Below, piece after piece: positions 1 to 5,341 of a stretch of DNA of 5,636 nt. The stretch is taken from assembly GCA_030614005.1 (NCBI GenBank), contig JAUWKS010000111.1, positions 1 through 5,636 on the forward strand. Direction: 5' to 3'. The notes beneath the pieces were generated by a model. That model made no database searches. It was not told the origin of the DNA and saw nothing but the letters and a program-made list of their open reading frames with translations. Source of the DNA: Candidatus Heimdallarchaeota archaeon. Its GTDB lineage: Archaea; Asgardarchaeota; Heimdallarchaeia; JABLTI01. Position 1 is the first letter of the stretch, and every line of letters starts with the position of its first letter. A program made the translations under genes and the position numbers.

Positions 1-28
1 CATAGAATTGGTATGCTGGAAGGATCAT
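1..28 (-). CDS. Possible 5' end of a downstream gene (MILPAYQFY..., runs off the window edge)
   Basis: The ATG at 28-26 overlaps the TatD TGA (ATGA overlap). AGGAG at 39-35 precedes it with a 6-nt spacer. Only 9 codons are visible, so no product can be assigned. Confidence 0.3.
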
Positions 29-612
29 TTTTTTCTCCTTTTATTAATGAATGAAACATACCATGATAATCTTGATATCTCCTTTGCTTGTTCTTCAGTA
101 CCTCCAAAACAATGCATCAAAACCTCTTCTACTCCCAATTCTTTTAAGATATTAATTGCTTTTTCTTCTGCTGAGCGTGAATGTATTACTAATGGTTTGT
201 CCAATTCAATTGCGAAACCTATTAATTCTCTGAAAAATTCTTCTTGTTCCTTACGCTTTTTATCTTCCTTAACCCAATGAAAATCAAGACCAATCTCTCC
301 GATTGCAACTGTATTATCAATATTCTCTAGATGGAACGTCTTAAGCTCTTCAACGCTTTTCTTTGTTACTCTGGATGTATCTAATCCAACAGAGAGATGA
401 ACGCCTGGTAAATCCCTCGTTTTGAGACCAAAATCATAATATTTTGATTCAATTGCACTATTGATAATATATTTTACACCACTTGCAACTGCTTTTCCAA
501 CAAGTTTAACTACTTCGTCATATTCGAACCATTCTGGGACTAAGTGACAATGTCCATCCGCGTAAACAATCTCCGAGGTTCTTTTAATGTTAATAGTAGC
601 ATCTGACTGCAT
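25..612 (-). CDS. tatD: TatD-family metal-dependent DNase, apparently C-terminally truncated (195 aa; possible pseudogene or junction)
   Basis: Motifs DGHCHL (DxHxH), GEIGLDF, LVIHSR, LMHCF and YVSF occur in TatD order. The ORF stops just after YVSF and lacks the usual final part containing the ETD motif. A GGGGA SD-like element lies at 621-617. Confidence 0.85.
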   Translation of the reverse strand: MQSDATINIKRTSEIVYADGHCHLVPEWFEYDEVVKLVGKAVASGVKYIINSAIESKYYDFGLKTRDLPGVHLSVGLDTSRVTKKSVEELKTFHLENIDNTVAIGEIGLDFHWVKEDKKRKEQEEFFRELIGFAIELDKPLVIHSRSAEEKAINILKELGVEEVLMHCFGGTEEQAKEISRLSWYVSFINKRRKK

Positions 613-643
613 TAAATCCCCAAAATAGTAGTAGATTTTTTCC

Positions 644-651
644 TTTATAAG
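644..651 (-). promoter_or_regulatory. Candidate TATA box (CTTATAAA) for tatD
   Basis: It lies at -39..-32 from the tatD ATG and would give a leader of about 10 nt containing GGGGA. AT-rich context makes a chance match possible. Confidence 0.3.
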
Positions 652-652
652 A

Positions 653-1627
653 TTATAGAAGTTTGTCGGCGAAAAACTTTAACATTTTGATTCCTCGAAT
701 CTCTCTATCAAAAGCGTCAACAGAAGTAATATTATCCTTCCCAAAAACTGATTCAATATATTTTATGTTTTTCAAATGCTCTTTGTGTCTATGAGAACAG
801 TATTGGCAATCAGGATTATCAGGGTTTATCATATTTACTACAACGAATTCATGTGCAATCGAATGAGAATCTAGTTCTTCAACTAGTCTTTCAGTTTCAA
901 AGATACTCATCATTGTTGGGATCATAACTTTAACGAACTGCGTTCTGTCTTGATCCATAAGCTGATCTCTTGCTATGAGTACTTTTTCTTTCATAATCTC
1001 TAAATTCTCAATAGTATTATCCTTTTCTCCCTTTGCACCAAAAAGAGACTTCATCATGGTCATTGCATTAGATAGAAAAGAACGCATTTTCAACATTCTC
1101 CCAAGGAATGAATCAAGGAATTCGGGAATGTTTAGAAGTCTTAGAGTATGCCCAGTAGGTGCTGTATCGAGAATAATTGTATCATATGAATCATCATCGG
1201 CGTACTCAAGAATTTTCGCAAAAGATAAAGCTTCATCCATACCTGGTTGTGGCAGGGATTGCATATCTTGACCCAATCCCTGTAATTCAGATAATCCAGG
1301 AATATTTGTTAAATTTGAGAAATCACTAGAATCCATTGGTTTACCTATAACTTTTGAGATCTCATCTCCTGCTTTTTCAGGGTTAATTTCCAAAGCATAT
1401 AGTTCACCCTTTACTCCTTTAACTTTCTCAATTTCTCCGCTTGAGAAATCTAAATCGAATGAATCGGAGACACTATGAGCTGGATCTGTAGAGATGATTA
1501 GAACTCTTTTACCATTTTTTGCTAGAGAAATTGCTAATGATGAAGCAACGCTTGTTTTCCCCACTCCTCCTTTCCCTCCAACTAAAATAAATTTAAGATC
1601 CATCTCTAAAAGTTCAGTAAGTGTCAT
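653..1627 (-). CDS. get3: ArsA/Get3(TRC40)-family ATPase, single-domain Get3-type (324 aa)
   Basis: It has the deviant Walker A GGKGGVGKT, switch I STDPAHS, PGMDEALSF, switch II DTAPTGHTLR and a Met-rich helix LGRMLKMRSFLSNAMTMMKSLFG. FETERL, CQYC (its only two Cys) and a C-terminal EIRG follow. Confidence 0.88.
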   Translation of the reverse strand: MTLTELLEMDLKFILVGGKGGVGKTSVASSLAISLAKNGKRVLIISTDPAHSVSDSFDLDFSSGEIEKVKGVKGELYALEINPEKAGDEISKVIGKPMDSSDFSNLTNIPGLSELQGLGQDMQSLPQPGMDEALSFAKILEYADDDSYDTIILDTAPTGHTLRLLNIPEFLDSFLGRMLKMRSFLSNAMTMMKSLFGAKGEKDNTIENLEIMKEKVLIARDQLMDQDRTQFVKVMIPTMMSIFETERLVEELDSHSIAHEFVVVNMINPDNPDCQYCSHRHKEHLKNIKYIESVFGKDNITSVDAFDREIRGIKMLKFFADKLL

Positions 1628-1649
1628 AATATTTTTTAAATAACAGCTA

Positions 1650-1657
1650 TATATAAA
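1650..1657 (-). promoter_or_regulatory. Archaeal TATA box (TTTATATA) for get3, leaderless spacing
   Basis: Consensus archaeal TATA at -30..-23 from the A of the get3 ATG (1627). Confidence 0.65.
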
Positions 1658-1667
1658 GAATAAGATT

Positions 1668-1694
1668 CAGAAAAAATAATTAGGGAAGAAATGA
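1668..1694 (-). terminator. Candidate archaeal oligo-T terminator after the TRAP-beta-like gene
   Basis: The minus strand reads TCATTTCTTCCCTAATTATTTTTTCTG immediately after the stop. It is pyrimidine-rich with a T6 run. Confidence 0.35.
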
Positions 1695-2459
1695 TTATCT
1701 TCTTTTCTCAATTTTTCTTTTTTCTCCTTTCTTACTTTTATGTTTTTCAGCCATGGTAAATTTGCGTCTTCTGGATTTACCTTTGTGTACTTTTTGAATA
1801 GCAAATCTATCTACCAAAACCACAGTTCCGAGTACTCCTACTACACCTAAACAGAAATACAAAATGTTCAACCATAAATCAGCTTCAAGAACATATTCCT
1901 CTTCAATATCTTCAACGAATAAGCTAAATCTCTGAGAACTGGAGAAATATTCAATTCCTGTCCCATTTACGTAAGTTACAGTAGTAGCCTCTAAAGTGAA
2001 ATTGCCTTCTATTTTCGGTTGGAAGAAGTAAAAATAGAAAATTGTTGCATTAACATCAACTTGAATATATCTTTGAGTTGTCAAGTTAAGATTTCCTACT
2101 GCCCATTCCTCGAAACTTGGATCAACTGTGGTTAGATTATAAGCAGATGCGTTACCCACGTTAGTGATAGTCAAATTAACTCTTATCCACTCGTTTGGCC
2201 TAATTAGGTGTGAACTTATCTCTTGATTTTCATCCTGGATTGGAGTTGCATTGATTGACTTTTCAACAATCAAAATTGGACGATTTCTTAGAGTCTCATT
2301 TTCTTGGTCTAAATTAGGATTAATTACTGTTTGTTGAAAATCTTCAACTCTTATTAAGTTCCCAGTTATGGGAGCTGCGTTAAGCGACCTTGATACAGGA
2401 AGTCCAATGAATAGTAGCGAGATGAACAAGGCTAAACTGATCGTGAATTTCTTTTGCAT
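1695..2459 (-). CDS. Type I single-pass membrane glycoprotein resembling translocon-associated protein beta (TRAP-beta/SSR2) (254 aa)
   Basis: It has an N-terminal signal peptide (about aa 1-28, LNA|AP) and one Ig-like domain with ILIVEKSI, VNLTITNVGNASAYNLTTVDPSF and QPKIEGNFTLEATTVTY. These parallel the recalled eukaryotic SSR2 segments [28 protein letters not shown] and RPLKAGYFNFTSATITY. A C-terminal TM (about aa 195-216) and a basic tail follow. An in-frame TAG at 2483-2481 fixes the start. Confidence 0.6.
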   Translation of the reverse strand: MQKKFTISLALFISLLFIGLPVSRSLNAAPITGNLIRVEDFQQTVINPNLDQENETLRNRPILIVEKSINATPIQDENQEISSHLIRPNEWIRVNLTITNVGNASAYNLTTVDPSFEEWAVGNLNLTTQRYIQVDVNATIFYFYFFQPKIEGNFTLEATTVTYVNGTGIEYFSSSQRFSLFVEDIEEEYVLEADLWLNILYFCLGVVGVLGTVVLVDRFAIQKVHKGKSRRRKFTMAEKHKSKKGEKRKIEKRR

Positions 2460-2670
2460 TAGATTCTTTCCGTTTAACTTCTAAACATGCTTCAAACAGC
2501 CAACTTAAATATTTTGCTCTTTGGTATTTTTCTTTAAGAAAGTGAAAAGAGATTTGTTTTATCTTATCACATCGAAGAGAAAGAAATACCTTCTTGATAG
2601 CAACGATAAAAAACTGAAGGTTCCTAAGCTCCTTCAATCCCATTTTTCTATTGCATATTCAATTGTTATA

Positions 2671-2687
2671 TGGTGAGATAATCACCA
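2671..2687. promoter_or_regulatory. Inverted repeat TGGTGA-N5-TCACCA, candidate transcription-factor operator
   Basis: Perfect 6-bp arms that are GC-richer than the flanks, ending 4 nt upstream of the degV1 TATA box and overlapping the expected BRE position. Confidence 0.4.
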
Positions 2688-2691
2688 AATG

Positions 2692-2699
2692 TTTAATAA
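2692..2699 (+). promoter_or_regulatory. Archaeal TATA box (TTTAATAA) for degV1, leaderless spacing
   Basis: It lies at -30..-23 from the ATG at 2722, the same spacing as the get3 promoter. Confidence 0.55.
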
Positions 2700-2721
2700 A
2701 AACCTCATTCTTTTGCACTTT

Positions 2722-3609
2722 ATGACCGTTAAAATTATCTGTGACACTAGTGCAGACTTGAATTTGCCTAATGATACTACTCTATATGAAAAATACGACA
2801 TTGAATGGGTACCAATGAATGTAATGTTTGGAACTACTGAGTATAAAGAGCTTATTGATTTGAAACCATCTGGTTTTTACAAACTTGTTCATGAAACTAC
2901 CGAACACCCTACAACATCACAATCTACTCAACACGATCTACTTACTGCTTATGAGAAACATGGTACCAAATATGATGAAATCATATCAATACATATTTCT
3001 AGTGCATTAAGTGGAGCTTATGCCAATGCTATGATGGCAAAAAAAATGTACAAAAGAAAGAATCCTGATGGCGCTGTAATACACGTGTTTGATTCCAAAC
3101 AAGCAAGTGTTCCATTTGGTTTGATTGCAATTAAAGCTGCACAACTTGCAAAACAAGGTTTGAATGCTGAAGCCATTATTGAGAAACTTACCTATTTCTT
3201 TGAAAATGATGATGTAATGTACTTTACTGTTAAAGACATTAAATGGTTATTTGAAGGTGGCAGACTAAGCCGAGCTAAGTATGTTCTTGGAAAGATGTTG
3301 AATGTAAATCCTATTCTTACTTTAATTGATGGAAAAATAGAATCAGTTGGGAAAGGATCAGGACTTGTTAAAACTCTCGACACAATGCTAGAAATGGCTC
3401 TAGACAACTTGGATAGGGATGTTGATAATATCACTATTCACTTCATTGAGGCTGAAACAAGAGCTGAAATTGAAGAGTATATTGGACGTTTGAAAGAAAA
3501 TTATCCTTCAATTAAGATAGGAGAAATATTCACTCTAGGTGGAACAATCTGTGCTCACACTGGTCCAGGTACTATAGTACTAATGGCTACAAGGAATTTT
3601 GAGTATTAA
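2722..3609 (+). CDS. degV: DegV/FakB-family fatty-acid-binding protein (paralog 1, 295 aa)
   Basis: Motifs VKIICDTSAD, PTTSQ, ISSALSGAY, DSKQAS, EGGRL and AHTGPG are present. The start is moved from the ORF-track 2689 to ATG 2722, because DegV proteins begin at MxxKIxxD, the paralog begins MTVKI, and the TATA spacing fits 2722. Confidence 0.93.
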   Translation: MTVKIICDTSADLNLPNDTTLYEKYDIEWVPMNVMFGTTEYKELIDLKPSGFYKLVHETTEHPTTSQSTQHDLLTAYEKHGTKYDEIISIHISSALSGAYANAMMAKKMYKRKNPDGAVIHVFDSKQASVPFGLIAIKAAQLAKQGLNAEAIIEKLTYFFENDDVMYFTVKDIKWLFEGGRLSRAKYVLGKMLNVNPILTLIDGKIESVGKGSGLVKTLDTMLEMALDNLDRDVDNITIHFIEAETRAEIEEYIGRLKENYPSIKIGEIFTLGGTICAHTGPGTIVLMATRNFEY

Positions 3610-3632
3610 TCAAAATGAGTAAGGTTTAAAAC

Positions 3633-3651
3633 TTTCTCTTTTTTTTCTTTT
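3633..3651 (+). terminator. Oligo-T (pyrimidine) terminator candidate after degV1
   Basis: TTTCTCTTTTTTTTCTTTT starts 24 nt after the stop. This is typical of archaeal intrinsic terminators. Confidence 0.5.
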
Positions 3652-3668
3652 AATCGTAGGTTGTTTAT

Positions 3669-4547
3669 TTGACTGTAAAAATAATGACAGATAGTGCTGC
3701 AGATATTCCGAAAAAATATCTCGAGAAATATGATATAAGAACTGTTCCAACTGTAATTCGTTTTGGAGATGAAATTTATTACGAAAATGAAGATATAAAT
3801 CTTGAACAGTTTTATGAAAAATTCTTTAATTCAGAAACATATCCTCAGACTGCAAACCCAACGTTACATCATCAATTTTCTTTATACGAGGAATTAGGGA
3901 AACAGTCAGATGATATATTGAACATTGTGATATCTTCTGGTATTTCAGGATCCTATAATACTGCTCAGATTGCTCATCGGAATTATAAACGTAGAGTTGA
4001 AAATCCATCTGATATACACATTTATGATTCTAAGTTTGCCACATTTGGAATAGGGATTCTAGCCATAAGAGCAGCAGAGATGGCTAAAAAAGGACACAGT
4101 GTTGAAGAGATTTTATCTATGTTAGATGATTTTCAATCTTCATTGCAGATAGGTTTCACAGTTGAGAATCTCAAGTATCTTCATCGAGGTGGGAGATTAA
4201 GTTTATCCAAATATTGGGTAGCTAAAATCTCAGACATGAAGCCTGTGATCAATTTTATTGATGGAAAAATGGAAGTTATCAAAACAGTGAGAGGGCATGC
4301 TCCTGCAGTTATCGAATCATTCAATTCAGTTTATGATAAAATAGGAAGACCTAGTAAATTCAATGCATATGTAATGCATGCAAGAAATGAAGAGTCAGCT
4401 CAATTAATTAAGGAGCATATCGAAAATCAAATTCAACCTGATGATTGGAATATATCTATTAGAGAAGTAGGAATGGCAATCGCAACACATGCTGGACCTG
4501 GATGTATTGGAATATGCATAGATGCAAAATACAAGTTTTTAGAATAG
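3669..4547 (+). CDS. degV: DegV/FakB-family fatty-acid-binding protein (paralog 2, 292 aa, TTG start)
   Basis: Motifs VKIMTDSAAD, PQTANP, ISSGISGSY, DSKFAT, LKYLHRGGRL, KPVI and THAGPG are present. An AGGT SD-like element lies upstream of the TTG. Confidence 0.93.
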   Translation: MTVKIMTDSAADIPKKYLEKYDIRTVPTVIRFGDEIYYENEDINLEQFYEKFFNSETYPQTANPTLHHQFSLYEELGKQSDDILNIVISSGISGSYNTAQIAHRNYKRRVENPSDIHIYDSKFATFGIGILAIRAAEMAKKGHSVEEILSMLDDFQSSLQIGFTVENLKYLHRGGRLSLSKYWVAKISDMKPVINFIDGKMEVIKTVRGHAPAVIESFNSVYDKIGRPSKFNAYVMHARNEESAQLIKEHIENQIQPDDWNISIREVGMAIATHAGPGCIGICIDAKYKFLE

Positions 4548-4558
4548 ATTGAGGATAG

Positions 4559-5281
4559 ATGAAAATGAAATACAAATACCTGCTTTTTGACTTAGATGGA
4601 ACTTTATTACACTTTGAACCAGAGGCTTTTATTAGAACATATCTTGGTGCAGCTTCAAAGTATTTTATAGACTTGATTCCCGATCCAAAGAAATTCGTGA
4701 AAGAAATACTTAGTTCAACAGATGCTATGGAAAAAGGAGACGATGAGACTACAAACACTTTGGAGGAATTTCTGAATGATTTTTGCCCTAAATTTGAGGC
4801 GAATTGTGATGATATTAGACAAAGATTTTTAGATTTTTATCAAACAGAATTTAAGGTTATTAAACCTTTAATAACCAAAATGAAGGGTGCGGTGGATTTA
4901 CTAGAAATGTTAAAGAAGGAACATCCAAAGATAAAAATTATTCTGGCAACTAATCCTGTTTTTCCCTTTGTTTCAATTAAAAAGCGAATGGAATGGGGTG
5001 AAATTTCTCAAGATTATTTCGATTTAATAACTCATGCTGAAAACAGTACATACTGTAAAGGAAATGGCAAATATTGGAATGAAATACTTGAAAAAATAAA
5101 CGGAACTGCAGAAGAATCTCTTGTCATTGGGAATGATGGTTATAGAGACATGGGGGCCAAAGCTTATGGTTTTAGTACATTCCTGATTGAAGAAAATCTT
5201 GAAAACGAGGAACTAATGACTAGTGATATACAACCAGACTATCGAGGTACTTTAGAGGATTTATATCATCTACTTAAATGA
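4559..5281 (+). CDS. HAD-superfamily hydrolase (phosphatase-type, C1 cap)
   Basis: Motif I FDLDGT, motif II LATN, motif III Lys (YCKG) and motif IV IGNDGYRD are present. It starts 11 nt after degV2 with GAGGA at 4551-4555. The true start may be ATG 4565. Confidence 0.9.
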   Translation: MKMKYKYLLFDLDGTLLHFEPEAFIRTYLGAASKYFIDLIPDPKKFVKEILSSTDAMEKGDDETTNTLEEFLNDFCPKFEANCDDIRQRFLDFYQTEFKVIKPLITKMKGAVDLLEMLKKEHPKIKIILATNPVFPFVSIKKRMEWGEISQDYFDLITHAENSTYCKGNGKYWNEILEKINGTAEESLVIGNDGYRDMGAKAYGFSTFLIEENLENEELMTSDIQPDYRGTLEDLYHLLK

Positions 5282-5307
5282 ATTTGTTAAACGAAAATGG
5301 TAAGACA

Positions 5308-5315
5308 TTTAAAAG
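5308..5315 (+). promoter_or_regulatory. Candidate TATA box (TTTAAAAG) for the terminal membrane-protein gene
   Basis: It lies at -34..-27 from ATG 5342. Confidence 0.4.
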
Positions 5316-5341
5316 CTTCAACAGTTGTAATTTGAAGATAA

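Noticed and set aside
8-280. Plus-strand 90-aa ORF
   Set aside because: It is the antisense shadow of tatD, is Ser-rich and has no recognisable motif or start signal.
975-1271. Plus-strand 98-aa ORF
   Set aside because: It is the antisense shadow inside get3.
653-1627. Arsenic-resistance locus (arsA)
   Set aside because: It has a single domain, no metalloid-binding Cys set and Get3 signatures, and no arsB/acr3/arsC/arsR/arsD is nearby.
25-2459. Reading TatD as part of a translocation operon with Get3 and TRAP-beta because of its name
   Set aside because: TatD is a nuclease that is not required for Tat export, so the name gives no functional link.
2608-2636. Hairpin as a SECIS element or structured ncRNA
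   Set aside because: It has only a 6-bp stem, no SECIS or kink-turn core, and no in-frame UGA selenoprotein candidate is nearby.
2689-2721. 11-aa N-terminal extension of DegV1 given in the ORF track
   Set aside because: It overlaps the TATA box, and the family and paralog N-termini start at MTVKI (2722).
3192-3434. Minus-strand 80-aa ORF
   Set aside because: It is the antisense shadow of degV1.
3621-3635. Imperfect palindrome AAGGTTTAAAACTTT / TATA-like TTTAAAAC before degV2
   Set aside because: It is AT-only-like and imperfect, does not resemble the 2671 palindrome, and is too weak to call, although an internal degV2 promoter cannot be excluded.
3826-4008. Minus-strand 60-aa ORF
   Set aside because: It is the antisense shadow of degV2.
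4459-4758. Minus-strand 99-aa ORF
   Set aside because: It is antisense to the degV2/HAD junction and has no motif support.
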